Shown: piece by piece, positions 1 through 13,650 of the stretch
Position numbering within the stretch: position 1 is the first letter of the stretch
Layout: each line of letters begins with the position of its first letter
Origin: Chara braunii
Taxonomy: Eukaryota > Plantae > Charophyceae
DNA: 64,000 nt
Assembly (NCBI GenBank): GCA_003427395.1
Contig: BFEA01000006.1
Coordinates: 7,919,382 to 7,983,381 of the forward strand
Reading direction: 5' to 3'
Notes under the pieces: model-generated
Database searches by the model: none
The model's input: the letters and a program-made list of their open reading frames with translations, nothing else
What the model was told of the DNA's origin: nothing
Position numbers and translations under genes: made by a program

Positions 1-36
<36 letters not shown>
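1..36. repeat. (TG)n microsatellite
   Basis: Perfect TG dinucleotide run at window start; followed by an (AATC)n/(AGTC)n run at ~63-105. Confidence 0.95.
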
Positions 37-37
<1 letters not shown>

Positions 38-794
38 TTGGGTGGGGGTTGGGGGGGCGACCCATCCCCCACCAATCAATCAATCAATCAATCAGTCAGT
101 CAGTCTATTGAAAAAAAAAATAATAAAAAATAAATCTGTGTGTTTTGAGTCTGGTTTTGTTTTTGATTTTTTTAAAATAATTTAAATGGTCAAAAAATAA
201 AAATAAAACTATGGGCATGTGGAGAGCAAAACAATCTACACCCCCATTTTTTTATTTTTATTTTTACTTATCTTTCGCTTGCAAAAAAAATATCCGCGGG
301 CCGAGTTGAACCACGTTGTAACGGGGTATAACGCGAAGTTGAAACGGAATTCAACGGGAGTTAAACCGTTGAACTCGAAACCCTCGTTGAACGTGATTTC
401 AGACACACAGCTCTTTTCTCTTTGCTTCTTGATCCCCCGCCCCTCTCTTTCCCATCCCCTCCTCTCCCCCAACTACAACCCCATCACTTCCCCCATCTCC
501 CCTTCACTCTTTTTTTCCCTGTCACCTATTTTCCCCCTTTCTCACTCACTTTTTCATTCCCCTTCCCCCCAACTTCGAAATTTTCTTTTTTCTTTTTTCT
601 TCTTATCTTTCTTTCGATTTATATCTCCTCCCTTTTCCAAAAATTTGAATTCTCTCATTCCCCACCTTCTTTTCTCATTTTCTGATTTCTTTCATTTTAT
701 TTTTATTTTATTCTAAAAATTTGAATTTATTTGCAGTACCCTTAAATCTGATAAGGAGTTAGTCATTGCTTTTGGCACACATTCCGACCCCGTG

Positions 795-1190
795 GGCGTA
801 GCGAAGTGCTGCCGAAATTTTCTGTTTTTCAAAGTGCTGCCGAAATTTTCTGTTTTTCTTTCACTTAGGCTTTTTCAACACATTTTGACCCTTGGGGGTA
901 GCGAAGTGCTGGCAAAATCTTATCATTTTACTTAGCCTTTCTTCTTGACATCACACTTTGACCCCATAGGGGTAACGAAATGTTGCCGAAATTTTTAAAA
1001 AATCCAACACAGTGACTTAAATTTTCTTCACCTCCTCGTCTATTTATTTATTTATTTATTATTTCTTTTTTTATTTTCTGAAATTTTTAGTTTGCGGCAT
1101 TTTGAAACCTAATGTGCTTATCTTGGTCTCTCCTTTCGCTTGGCACATTCTTAACCCCATGGGGGGTTGGGAAATGCTGCCGAAAATTAA
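795..1190 (+). repeat. Degenerate array of a GAAGTGCTGCCGAAATTTT motif
   Basis: Five copies at ~803, ~833, ~903, ~977 and ~1171, most preceded by GGGGGTAGC-like sequence. Confidence 0.8.
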
Positions 1191-1585
1191 ATACTATTTC
1201 TCTCTTTACAATTTGTTTTTTTTTTTTTTTTTAAATTTATATATATATTTTTTTCTTTCGAAATTTCACTGTTTATTTATTTTTCTTCCGCCTCCCCCCA
1301 TTCTTACTATTTTATTTTGTTAATTAGGTCACCGGTACCCTACCCTAACCACTCAAACTCCGATTAGGGTTTTCTGAGGGTTTTTCTAGGGTTTAGGGTT
1401 CTTTTAACCCCCCTTCTTTCCCTTCTCATTTAGGCATCCTGGATCCGAACCGCCCCTTCCCCTTTGACGGCGTCTGCGCTCGATTTACTAGCACCGAACG
1501 TCGCCTTCTACCGCACACCTCCCCCTACGCTCTCCGCTCACGCGGACCTCCTCCGACCCTCTCTAGTCCGGTCCGTTACCTCCCT

Positions 1586-2605
1586 ATGGCCAACGACGTG
1601 TCACAAGCCGCCGAGGCGGCGACGACCTCGACATCGGGCTCCATACCAGTGTCGACAGACCAGGGTCATCAGCCCCAGGGGGATCTGCACACCCTCATCA
1701 CCTCCCTCCTTGTGCCCTTACAGGCGCAGGTGGCGACTCTTGTCGTTGGCCGCGGGAACTCCAAGACGCTGGTCGTCCTTCCTCTCCCCACTCTCTCTCT
1801 CTTCTCTTGGCTCCGAGTCGGGGTGCCCCGTCCTCCAACATGGTGGCCACGATGGAGCTTCCTCCTCTGCCGCCCCCGACCCGGCCATCCTGGTGACCGT
1901 CCACGCTCCTAGCTCATCAGTGCCCCACTCGATACGTGGGTGACTCACCTCTCCACGCGCCTACGTGGCGGTTCTTTTGACGTCTGGGAGGATTTCTACG
2001 CGCACTCCCTTCGTGAGGGTCGGACCCCGACCTTCGTGGATTTTCAAGAGTTCCTCGAGGACCGCTTTGGAGCCCGACATGACGTCACTGACGCCTTCGA
2101 GCGTGTCATCAGCACACGCAGGTCTGACTCTGGTGGCGTTGCTGGCCTGGACCGCCACATCCAAGTCTTTGAGGACGCCCGCCTCATTTGTGATGTGGCA
2201 TTCCTCCCCGAGGCTGCCGTCATCGATCGTTTCTTGGCCAACCTTCCCCTTGAGTACTGCTCCGAGTTATGGCGGTACGAGTTCACATCGGCCCCACAGG
2301 CTTATGACGCCGCCAGGACCCATCAGCGGATGCGGGCCCGTCTTCACCCCGCTTCCTCCTCCCAGCCTCAACGTACTGGCTACCCCCCTCCTCCTCTCAC
2401 GACACTTCCCAACGTCATTCCCCTTTCCACGGCCGCCCCTGCCGTTCCGCGCAGCAAGACCGCCACTTCTCGTGCCGCTTCAGCACGCTCGAGTATGGCG
2501 AGCGGTCCGCTGTTGCCCCACTGTCGCCTGAGGGTGACCATAGTGACGACCTCGACCTCGGCGAGGCCGTCCACTACCACATGGAGGACTCTACTCTCTG
2601 TATGA
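1586..2605 (+). pseudogene. gag: Retrotransposon gag (frameshifted)
   Basis: ORFs 1586-1912 and 1940-2605 with gag capsid-like segment (W.THLSTRLRG...TFVDFQEFLEDRFG...IDRFLANLP). Confidence 0.65.
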
Positions 2606-4039
2606 CTGAGCGCCTCCAGCTCATCCTTTCCACCCTCTCCTGGGCACGCAGCTGCTGGTCACACTGGCGCGTCGCCCCTTGAGGTCCCTCAACAGGACCT
2701 CCCTCAAGGCCTTGTCCCTCCTCGCGGTGTCCTTTCCGCTCAGGAGCGCGCGGCCATTTTGGGCCGGCGTGGGTTATTGCGCTGCCGCCAATACAGTCAT
2801 ACCTCTTTGCGGTACCCTTACACCGCCGCCTTTGACTGCCATTACGTTGACGTTTCCCGCCAGCGTCGTGCTTAGTCCACCCCGGCGCCTCACATCCCCG
2901 CAGCGCCTCTTAGCCACGGTGCAGTATACACCTGCGCCATCCTCAGTAGTCGGCTTCCCGACATCCCCATCAGGGTTTACCCCTCTCGCTACTAGAGTTG
3001 AGGTATCGCAGGACTCGACAGAGTGCACTCAGCCCTCTGTCCCAGTACTGTATGCGCCTCCGCAGACCATTGTCTCCCCTCCTACCCTGCCGCAACTACC
3101 GACGTGTCGAGCCATTAGCTCAGCCCGTTGCAGCGAGCAGCTTGCGACTAGTGAGGAAGTTGTGTCCTCTCTTCTGGACTTGAGCATGCTCCAGGCTCGT
3201 CAGGAGCGACTCACCCTCCATGTCGCTGCACTGGGTCGCCTTCTCACCATCCTCTCTGACTCTGATCGCACCCTCCCGATCATTCCAGTGTCGGGTCTCC
3301 CTTTATCTCTACCTCCTGTAACTGCAGCCGAGCCGAGGCCCGCCCGGTTCGGGCGCCCCCTTCCCTCGAGGGAGTTCCCTTTTTGGAAAGAGCCTGCCCC
3401 CCTATCTAACAGGACCACTTCCGGGAGCGTTGCTGATAATCCCTACCCGCTCTCGCCGACTTACCCTCCCCAAGGCTCCTACCTCCCTCTACTTTCACAC
3501 GTGCGGGGTTAGAGCCCAGTGCTTGATCGGTCAATTTACAGCTTCCCCCCCCCTCCGCTTGGCAGCTCATGTTTAATGCCACCGGTCGCACCATCTGCGC
3601 AGCGGGAGTGATCTTTCCATTTGGCCAGAAGCTCAGCCCTCCAGGGGTCCCACAATGTCAGTCCACATCTCGGAAATGAAGTTCGTGGAGTTTTTCGCTC
3701 GGCACCAAGACCAGATTCCGGAACGCCCCCAGATAATGATCGAACCGGCCTCTCAACCCGAACTTCAGTCGCGAACTGAACCCATGCACGAGAAGACTTC
3801 AGCTCGACCCAGAGACCAGAGTTCAGAAAGCCCCGGCATGACGATAGCCCAGCGTACCGAACTTGACCCCAGACACGAAAGAAACCAAAAACACGAAGGG
3901 ATTTCACTTTCGTCGCAAGGACCAGAAGCACAGACAGACCAACATTACGAGTTGCAAATGCGCTCAGAACAATGGAAGACAGGTATAGACATTCAAAAAG
4001 AGAAAACCGGATTTCGCACACACTCTTGTCCCCGACATC

Positions 4040-4042
<3 letters not shown>

Positions 4043-4130
<88 letters not shown>

Positions 4131-4360
4131 NNNNNNNNNNNNNNNNNNNNNNNNNNNNNNNNNNNNNNNNNNNNNNNNNNNNNNNNNNNNNNNNNNNNNN
4201 NNNNNNNNNNNNNNNNNNNNNNNNNNNNNNNNNNNNNNNNNNNNNNNNNNNNNNNNNNNNNNNNNNNNNNNNNNNNNNNNNNNNNNNNNNNNNNNNNNNN
4301 NNNNNNNNNNNNNNNNNNNNNNNNNNNNNNNNNNNNNNNNNNNNNNNNNNNNNNNNNNNN

Positions 4361-4448
<88 letters not shown>
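4043..4448. repeat. (CT)n microsatellite spanning an assembly gap
   Basis: CT run on both sides of N block 4131-4360. Confidence 0.95.
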
Positions 4449-4450
<2 letters not shown>

Positions 4451-4760
4451 TATAGCTCGAGTCCAAGCACACGCTCGGAGTGATGAGAGCCGCAAAGAGT
4501 GAGACCGTTGTGCGCTTCCAGGTAGGAAACGCCTGCGACACTAGCAACAATCAGCCGAAAACGAGTAGCCACTGCCTGTGCCCGGAGAGCTTTGCACGAC
4601 CTAGCGCGGGGCCATGCAAGTTTGGAGCACAATTCCTCGGTCGTAGTGCGAACCGAAGCTCTCATGAACGCAATGGACAAGAACTGGTTCATAAAGAGCA
4701 GCAACATAAATCAAGATTCTATGAGCTCGACGAGAGGCCAAGTAGGCAGCGCGTCGCGAG

Positions 4761-5085
4761 TAGCTCGCAACTAGCTCCGATGAACCCGACGAGCGGCCGA
4801 TCACTCGGCCTGCAACCAGTAGCGCAGCTCGTGGTAGGCAAGCTCGCGGTCAGCATAGATGAACACGACACGCGACCGATCACATGGCCTGCAGCCCGTA
4901 GCAAAGCACGTGTCAAGTAAGCTCGCGGTCAGCATAGATGCACACAACTAGCGACCGATCACATGGCCTGCAGCCCGTAACGTAGCACGTGGCAAGTAAG
5001 CTCGCGGCGAGCACCGATGTACACAACGAGCGGCCGGTCACTTGGCCTGCAGCCGGTACGCGCAGCACGTGTCAAGTAAGCGCTC
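4761..5085. repeat. ~80 bp tandem repeat inside LTR
   Basis: Units starting AGCTCGC at ~4761, 4841, 4920 and 4999 (AGCTCGCGGTCAGCATAGATG...CACATGGCCTGCAGCC...GCACGTGTCAAGTA); also present at ~21650-21880. Confidence 0.85.
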
Positions 5086-8000
5086 GTCCTTCTTCCGTGC
5101 ACGCCCTCCCTGGAGAAGCAGAGGGACTCCAACGTCTCGCTCAAACGTGACCCTTGCCTCGCTAGACATGCAGATCTCAGCGCCTCCGCGTGCGCTCCCT
5201 CTCCGCATACGAGACGACCGCCCTCTGGTTTCCTCGCTCTCCTTCTCTCCCGGTCTCCCTCTCTCTCTTTCTTTCTCTCTCGTCTCTCTCTTCTCTAGTT
5301 GGCGCCTCTCAGACCGACTTGAAACTTGCCTTTACTACTGCAAAAAATGTAGAGACAGTACTCAGGCTTTCACCCATGCGTGACCCCCTTCGCGAGCGAG
5401 CTAGTCCTATCTCTGCCTCCCTCCCTCTCTCTAGACGAGCACACGCCTAGCGAGGGCTGAAAGCTCTCCTGGTTGTAGTCGCTACCGACCTGGCCGTCCC
5501 GGGCGGTTGACTTTATCGAGCGCCTTCCTCGTCGCGCGTGGGGCTTCCTGATCGCATCTTGCGCAGAGGTCAAAAAGGAGTCTGGCCGAGCATTTCTCTC
5601 CCATGTGCTTCCGCATTCTCCCTTCCCGACACCCTGCACCGGGAATCCCGTACTAGCCGGGTGCACCTCCCTACCCGCTATGGCTCTCTCTCTCTACGTC
5701 GAGCGCAGCTCTCCGCGGCAAGCTGCGTGCGCGGAATGCTGGTCCTAGCGTACGCTTAGTGCGAGCCCCTCCTCTCGCGCGCCGTCCCTTTTTCGTCGCT
5801 TCTCTCCTTTATATATACTTCCTCTCGTGATGTCTCCCATTCTCGGTTGGCATTTTGTCGCGCAGGGCGACAATTCTAAATTTCCCCAAAAAAATTTTCT
5901 TCCCGCTTCCTCTTCACCTCTACCCTGCTTCTTTCCCTTCGATCCTTTCTGACTCCGCCCCCCCTCCAATCAAGTTCCTTCCTTCTGTTGCCGCGCGGAT
6001 CGACTCATGCTGCGCGCAGCCTTGGTTGCTCAAAAAAAAAAAAGTCCTTCCCGCCCCCTCCTCGCTTTTCCCTCTTTTGTTTTCCATCGATCCAATCGAG
6101 TTCTCTCCTTTCATCGCCACGCGGATCGACTCCAGTCGTGCGCGACTTTCCCTCCAGGCCTAAACAGTTACAGCGAGCACGATCCCATTTCCCGCCGGAG
6201 TGTCTGTTCGTTTCCCGCGCTGTGCTACTTTGAGCTCGGAGGACCCATCTGACCAAGAAGCTCTTGCTATCTTCAGCCCCGTTGGCAGTTACCAAGATCC
6301 ACTGAGCGCGCCTCCCGCTCCTTCTTCGTTCTTCAACCGGTTCCCTCTAGCTGTCTTTCTTTTGGGCTTTCCTCAGGCGGTTAAGCCTACTTCCCCTGCC
6401 AGTCTCCATCCTCACATGATAGACCCCTCATCTTTTTAGGGGGCCCGCCTCTGTACTCACCACGTGGGTCCCCCCCCTTCTTCAACCGCTTTCCCCGCTT
6501 CCTCAGCCTCTTGCCAAGGAGCTGCACCCCGAGTGATGCCGCATCACCCCTCTCCTACCCGCATTTTGTCGCAAATACTCCGACATTCGTTTGACCGTTC
6601 TTAGGATTCGTACAGCTGCCGTGCGCGTCGAATCGCTTCCCCTCCCCGCTCCTTGGGATCGGATTTTCTCTAGCACCTGACACCTTGCTGATCCGTAGGC
6701 NTCCTTCCCAATGTTGTATACCACCTCCTCCTTTTGAACTAATCGCTCCCTTTCCTTTGCTGAAAGTGGAAGCGTTTATCGGAATTTCTTGATCAAGCAG
6801 TCGGTCATCGCAGCACCCCTCACCCCTTATCTGCCTTTAGCACCCGTAGGTTGAGCATAGCCGAGTCGCGTCGATCTGCTGCGTCCGTCGCGGCGGTTTA
6901 AACTTCATCCACCCAGCCCAGCTGGCCCGCGACTATGATTTCAACCGTTGCTCGGGTCCATCGAGACTGTAGCATGAACACCTGAAAGCTCGGGTTTTCC
7001 CACAAACCACTCATTCACGCGCGCACATTACATCAGATCCACTTAAAAGGGAAGGGCACAAAATTCATCCTTTCCAGCTGGTAGATAGCCGCACCATTCT
7101 CTTTCACACCGTGACACTCATACGAAGTCCTGATCCGTCATCCACACGTCATATCCCTTTTACCCACTAAAATAGGTCTTAGGCTGCCGACCCTGAAACC
7201 ACTATTTTTCTGGAATCCGGTCCACCCTCACCTTGTAAGTTAGACATCGTGCGCTTGCCACGTCGGGATGGTACCAGCCGTACCGCTCGACGAAGGCTGA
7301 GGCGTCTCACCCGACCTTCCGGTACCATAGCCCAAGCTGGGTGCAAGCAAAGCCCACCACGTCCCCCCGCGGTAGTTCGGTGGTCATTAGCAACCGAGGT
7401 CTAGGGCCTTCACCGGCCCTCCGCTTTAGGTCCGACCAAGGCCCACTCCGAAGTACATCCTTTGCCCCGTGTCTTCAGACTTTGATACCGAAAATATGAT
7501 CTTCAATGATCCTCCCGAGCCCGCTTGCGACCAAGTTTTGGATCCTCAGTTCAGCCAACCGAAGGATTAGTATGAAGAGCCAGACGCCCGAGGACATCCA
7601 CAAATGCCATATCCACCTGCACTCATTCGTCAAAACCAAGCAAAAACTGCAAAAAAAGATAAAAAAAATGTTTCTCATCTCAAAGCAAAAACCTTCGGCT
7701 GTTAGACAGCCGCCCGGCAACCAGCCCACACCCCGATTCTCGCTGTCCCTGGTGAGTCCTTTTCATGAGCCCTTTCTTTTAACCGTTTCCCCAACGTTTA
7801 TTCGTGAAATGTTTCTCTTGTTTCATCCCATTTTCCCGATTAGTTTTACTCGTTTTAATACCATCGTCTTGTCATGACGCCATTCACGACTCACGGCACA
7901 TTCTTACCCTAGGACACCGGTCTATGGTACGACTCATCACCCCTCACAACACCCGATTCTCTAACTATGGTACATTATGGAATGATTTTCCCTTCGACAG

Positions 8001-8376
8001 ATTCTCTCTAATGGAACACGTTTTCCTAACTATGGTACACAACTCTCCCCCCTTTTTTACGCCCGTCTCCGTCTCCTCACCTTTTTCTCGCGCCTCTCTC
8101 TCTTTCGTTTCCTCTCTTCTTTTTCCCGTAAGACTTTCCTAGAGGCGCTCCTTCTCTCTCTTAGCCTACGCTTCCCTAACCGTCATCTTCTCTAGGTCTT
8201 TTCTTTTTTCTAGGGGTCTGCGGAAGGGAAGGCTTCTGAATCTTGTACCCCTTCCTCGGCGGGCGAGACAAGGCCCCTTGCCGGGAGGTCTCCCCTTTTT
8301 CACAGGTGCTGGTCAATTCTGCGTCAAGCGCTTCCTTCCCTTTTCGTTTAGGCTCCTCCCCAAGGGTCCCTCTCGA

Positions 8377-9984
8377 TCAGAAGATTTTGAGACGAGCCCC
8401 TGCGATAGGGTCTCGCAGCCTACTCCCATCTAATTCCGCGAGCATATAAGCCCCCCCGTCCAATCTCTTTAGGACCTTATACGGCCCCATCCATCGGTTC
8501 GCCAATTTTCGGCTCCAGGTCTTTTCTAGTGACGAATGGTACATTAGTACTAGGTCGTTAACCCCTATCGGCGCCTTTCGAACCCGCAAGTTTTTGTCCC
8601 ACATATCCTTTCCTTTCACTCTTTCTCTCCCGACATTCTCTCCTGCCTCGGTTAGCCCGGCATCCAAGTTCTCGGCTATTTGCTGTATCCGTGCCTCCAA
8701 CAGTTCGTCCCTTGTCATGTTAGTTTTCCACGAGACACTTGTCCAAGTATCAACGTGGAATTCGATGGGTAGGGGACAATGCCTACCGAACCAAAGGGTG
8801 TAAGAAGGGTACCCCGTACTGGATTTGACCGTGATATTATCGGCCCAAACCGCATACCGCAAATACTTCGGCCACTGTTCCGGGCGACCTTTTCACCATT
8901 TCGCTAGAGCGTCCACAAGCGTCTGGTGACCCCTTTCTACCAGTGCATTGCTTTGGGGGTGATACGCGGTCGTATAGGCTGCCTCTATTCCCGCCTTTTT
9001 CAATAACCCCTTTACCTTTTGGCTCAAAAACTCAGCGCCCCTATCCATGACTATTCTCCCGATGCACCCATACCGCGCGATATACTCCATGAGAAAATCA
9101 CTCACCTCTTCCGCCGTCTTCTTCTTAATAGCCTTTGCTTCTACGAACCCAGTGAGGTCATCTCGGGTGTTGATTATATACCGAAGCCCGCCGACCCCTT
9201 TCGGCATGGTCACTAAATCCACATGGACCTTCTCGCCCGGAACCGTGGGAAGCGACAGAACTAAGGGTTCTTTGTATCGAACCGTCACCCTCTTCTGGCA
9301 AGCCTCATAGGTTGAACAGTACTTTTCCACTTCCGTGTATTGCCCGTCCCACCAATAAAGCCTACGGACCTTATCGAAAGTACCCTTCAACCCCCTGTGA
9401 CCTCCAACGACCCCATCGTGTAACTCCTCTACGACAGCCTTTCTCTCCTCGGGATCGCACAGCACCCTCATGGGTATTGCAAACTTGGTGGGCCTTTTGA
9501 AGAGATGGCCTCCCCGCAGGCAATACCCCAACGCCTCTTGCTGTATTCTTTCAGTCCCTGTTTCCCTACCGGCCAAGTACAGTCCTATGTCTCGGTACTT
9601 CCCGTCGTAGAGATTCGCGAGAAAAGTCCTTGGCCCCCCTTCTTCTCTCGTGTTGTTCTCCGCCACTCGTGCTCTATTAGCGGCGACTTTCATCACCTCC
9701 TCTCCGGCCATTGTCACCGCTTCCTCCTTGAGTCTAGGAAGGTCCTTCTCACGAATGGGAAGCCGGGACAATCCGTCCGCGACCTGGTTCTTGGCCCCCG
9801 ATATCCTCTCGACCCTATAGTCGTAAAGCCTACTATGAATCATCCACCGTGCGATGGTCGGATCTGTCAGGGAGAAATCTTTTTGGAGGACAGCGATCAC
9901 TACTGTCGAGTCCACCCTTAGAAGAAATCGTCGTCCGTATAGGTAGTGACGGAAGGTCTTTAGGCAGTGCAGTACCCTTAACAC
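8377..9984 (-). pseudogene. pol: RNase H C-terminus plus integrase (zinc finger, rve core, GPY/F), with internal stops
   Basis: ELHDGVVGGHRG...YC..YEACQ (degenerate HHCC), VHVDLV, IVMDRGAEF, YHPQSNALVERGH, WMGPYKV. No chromodomain. Confidence 0.9.
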
Positions 9985-9996
9985 CTCTTTTTTGAA

Positions 9997-11445
9997 TTAG
10001 CTATAATTTCTCTCGGCGGGGTTTAAGGTCCGGCTTTCGAATCGCAAAGGTCTCTCTTTCCCTTCCTCGTCCTTCTGAGACAGGAGGCCCCCCACCGAGT
10101 GAGGTCCCGCGTCCGTGGAAACTATAAAGGGGCGATGCCCCTCGTCTTCAAAGAAAGGAACTCCAAGGACCTCTCCACCTTCACGGAACTCTCCCTTTAA
10201 GGCTTCCATGGCCGCGGCTTGTTCTTCTCCCCAAGCCCATCCTTCCGATTTCGTGAGGAGTCTTCTCGGGGGTTCTGCTTTCTCTCCATAGGCTTTTATG
10301 AAGATTCTCCAGTAGCCTACAACCCTCAGAAACTCTCGGACCTCTGTTATGGATTTGAGCGGTGAAGGCCAAATCATAAACTTTACTAATTTCTCGGGAT
10401 CGACCCTCTGCCCCTCCTTATCGCAAATGAACCCTAGTATCTTGATGGAGGATACGCCCCAACGACTCTTAGTCCCGCTTACCGTGAGGTTGGCATTGTC
10501 TAGTTTCTCAAGGACGTCCCTGACATTTTTCATGTGGTCGGCCACAAATTTTCTAACCCCCGGGAAAACCTCAGTCTCATTCCGCTCGACCGGCCTTTTT
10601 ATCGGGAAGTCATCCAGGAAGACCTCCACCTTCTCCGGTATGAACTCTTTGAGGACCGCGATCATGGCCCTTTGGAACACTGCTACCCCATTCGTCCAAC
10701 CCATCGGCACTACTATCATTTGAACCAGCCCGAAAGGTGTATGCATGGCGGTCATGTGCCTGTCCCGGTAATCGAAGGGGATTTCGCCATACCCCGAGAA
10801 GAGGTTGCAGATAGAATATATTGAGCGACCCGCCGATCCTTCTGCTAGCATGTCGGCCTCAGGTATAGACCCCACGTCTGTAATGGTGACTGCATTGGTC
10901 CTCTGGAGGTTTTGGATCCATCTTAGTTTGTTGCTTCCCCCCTTCCTCAGAAAGAACCACTTATTGGAGTAGGCACTCTCGCAAGGTTCCGCGACGAATG
11001 TCCTGATCTTTTCCTTGATGAAGGCAACTATCTCCTCTGTCTCCTTTTGAGCGTACTTCCACTGGGCCCTATCCTTCCAAGGGACGTGCGGGACCGTGTG
11101 GATCCAGGCCGGCTTAGCATACCTTGGGTCGATTCTCTCTCTCTCCGAATCATCAAAGGCAATGGCTTTATCGCAGCCCCTTAAGGTCATGGCTATGAGC
11201 TCTTTCTCTCTCTCCGTGAGATTCCCATCTCCGATATCCATTTTGGCCAATCTATCGGTCATTATCCTTTGGCCTTTAGTCTCTTTCCTCTCCTTGATGA
11301 TATCGGCGATCTCCTCCTCCGATATCGTAGCTTCCCCCGTTCTATCCCGGCTAACCGCGGCGGGCTTTACTTTATCCGCCACGGTTTTGTGCTTCTTAAC
11401 TCCGCCGGCTAGGGGGATCCCTCCAAAAAAGACATACTCACGCAC
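9997..11445 (-). pseudogene. pol: Reverse transcriptase / RNase H
   Basis: YSNKWFFLRK..LRWIQNL, PMGWTNG, VFLDDFPI, STDAGPHSVGGLL, PLRFESRTL. Confidence 0.92.
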
Positions 11446-13650
11446 CCACCGAACTCCTCCTCCTTGTTCTTCTTCTCGTATCCCATACCATTAATTACAA
11501 TCATATCCCCCACGCCCTCGACCTCCAATTGGTCCCCCTTGGGTCCCCTATCCGTCAAGGGTACCTCCTCTAGACGGACTCGACACACCCTCGACTGGCT
11601 CCCCTTGCGTCTAGCAAGGCTGGTCCGGTTACGTTCATCTTGTGCGTCTATGGTCTTTAGGACCACTCGAATTCCATCAGGACTTTGGATCGAGAGGGTT
11701 CGACTCCCAACTGGCAAATCAACTGTGGTTGCGTGTACCACGCTCAACCAGGTCCTCCCGAGGATCAATTCGGCGGAGCATTCTTTTACCGAAAAGATCG
11801 GAACCGTGGCCTCTACATCAACTACCTCAATCACGGGGCTATGACACACCCGTTCCGCCGGTTGCATCTTGTTGTCGGCCACTACCATCGACATTGACAC
11901 CCCTCGATCTATCTCCAAGCCTAGCTCTCATGCGATGGAGTCTCTGCATACCGTAGACTCGGACCCATTGTCTACTAGAACCCTCATCTTCTTCCCACTT
12001 ACCACCGCCTGGAGCTGGCCGCTACCTAACACGTAGAATTTTTTGGCCTCTTCTCCTGAGAAGAAGTTGGCGGGTAGTTCCTCCAGGGTAATGTGGGAGG
12101 CCTGTACTTCTTTCTTGGCTGGGCCTTCCACTGGCACCGTGGGTCCCCCAACGATCGGGACTCTAACCTTCCTTGTGATGCTTAGGAGCTCCTCCCTGGC
12201 GCTTTTGCTTGCGGCTAGATATTCCAAGAGTGTGCACTGCATAGGCTGCATCTGGGTTCTCCTGACGGGTGCTACCGTGTCTATCTCATCCAGAGTGCAC
12301 TTCATTTTTAACTTTTTGGGCCCCCTTTTCTTAGGCGATTTGGGCAAGGTGGGATCCTCCTTCTTTTCCTCCACCGTTTTCGCATCAGTCATTGGCTGGT
12401 CATTGTCGCCGCTTTTTACTTCCGTGCTTTCCGTCACACTTGCTTGGTTCTCGGATGTCTCGGCCCCGACCTGCGTCCTCACCCCTAGGCAGGGCCTCTC
12501 TTCTTCGGGCTGGGTATCTAATAATTTGATGCTTGATACTTGGGGTTCCCTAATGGACAACCCTCCCGGTGACTCCACCATTTGGATGTGATTTGTGTTG
12601 GAGGAGCTTCCGACTTCTGGTTTCTTTCCCAGTCTAGCCTCCTCAAGGGTCACCCTCTTGTCCACGTTCACGTTCATTGATGGGTAAAAGGAGACCGCCT
12701 CTCCGCTGTTTCCCCATACAACCCACTTGTTCTCATTTAGCTTGACCATTCCCAATCTCAAAGCCTCCGTGAGATAAGGGCAGTTCCGCTTGATGTGATT
12801 TTCTTCATTGCAGTAGACACACCCGGCCCGAGCTTGGGGATTGTTGGGGCGCGGACCCCCTTGTGCTCTTGGCGCTACAGGCGTAGGCGAAGCCGGCGGC
12901 TGTGGTGCCCTAACCTCCTGTTGCGGTCCAGGGGCCCTTGCTGGAGGGGCGTCTCCCCACCTTCCATCTCTAGCATCCTTCCAATGGGAGCTCCCCCAAT
13001 CGGGACCACGATTCCCCCCTATCTCTCGGTCGTTCCTCCAACCTCCCTGGCCACTCGATTCGTTCGTCCATCTGGTCGGCCGTTCTCCCCACCGGGGAGC
13101 AGGCGGTCCTGGGGGCGGTCTATCGCTCCCTCTTGGACCATCGTTCCATGCGCCTTGCATGTAGCGGAGCGCCATGTCTAAGGTCTCTTTCATGTACTCC
13201 CTCACATCTACTACTCCCCCCCCGTGAAAACCACTTCGACGGCTCTTTCGAAATAGGCAGAATCCCTCGGGGCCTTTTCAAGGACTTCTTTCCTTTTCTC
13301 TTCCGGTAGGTGTAGCATAAACATCACGCACCTATCTACTTCAGACAGCATTCCCCTATCTACTAGGGTCTGGGACAGGCGTTTGAACCTTCGGGTGAAG
13401 GCCACCAAGCTCTCCCGATCCCCCCTCGTAATTTGTCGCAAACCTTCTACGGTAGGGATCAGATCATCACAGGCGAACGTCTGCAACGGGCTCGTTCTAA
13501 AGGTTCTCCATCGTCCATCCGCCGGGTGGATAGCCCGGATCGGGGAATCTAACTCGGGGTCCGAGTTCTGAATGAAATAGTCAATCCACTCTCTTTCGGA
13601 AAATCTCTTCCGGTAGCCATAACTTTCTCATTTTTCCACGAACCCCGTCA
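11409..13650 (-). pseudogene. gag: Gag (capsid, CCHC zinc knuckle) and aspartic protease, broken into several ORFs
   Basis: CVYCNEENHIKRNC zinc knuckle; LVDNGSE protease active site; ELILGRTWL; capsid-like LRQ...ESLVAFTRRFKRL. Confidence 0.88.

Larger units (their letters stand above)
3289..7719 (-). repeat. 3' LTR of nested element (~4.4 kb including gap)
   Basis: Starts TGTCGGGTCTCCCTTTATCTC and ends GACAGCCGCCCGGCA; colinear with 21407-24526 apart from the extra segment 3534-4852. Confidence 0.92.

Noticed and set aside
1336-1400. Interstitial telomere (CCCTAA / TTTAGGG)
   Set aside because: Only two or three degenerate units; more like telo-box motifs common in plant retroelement leaders.
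3536-4550. Long ORFs with ER/LS repeats (also 39699-40620 and 27753-28710)
   Set aside because: Artefacts of microsatellites and N gaps.
7720-8376. env-like ORF downstream of integrase, as in Athila
   Set aside because: The region is short and has no convincing sense-strand ORF with transmembrane features.
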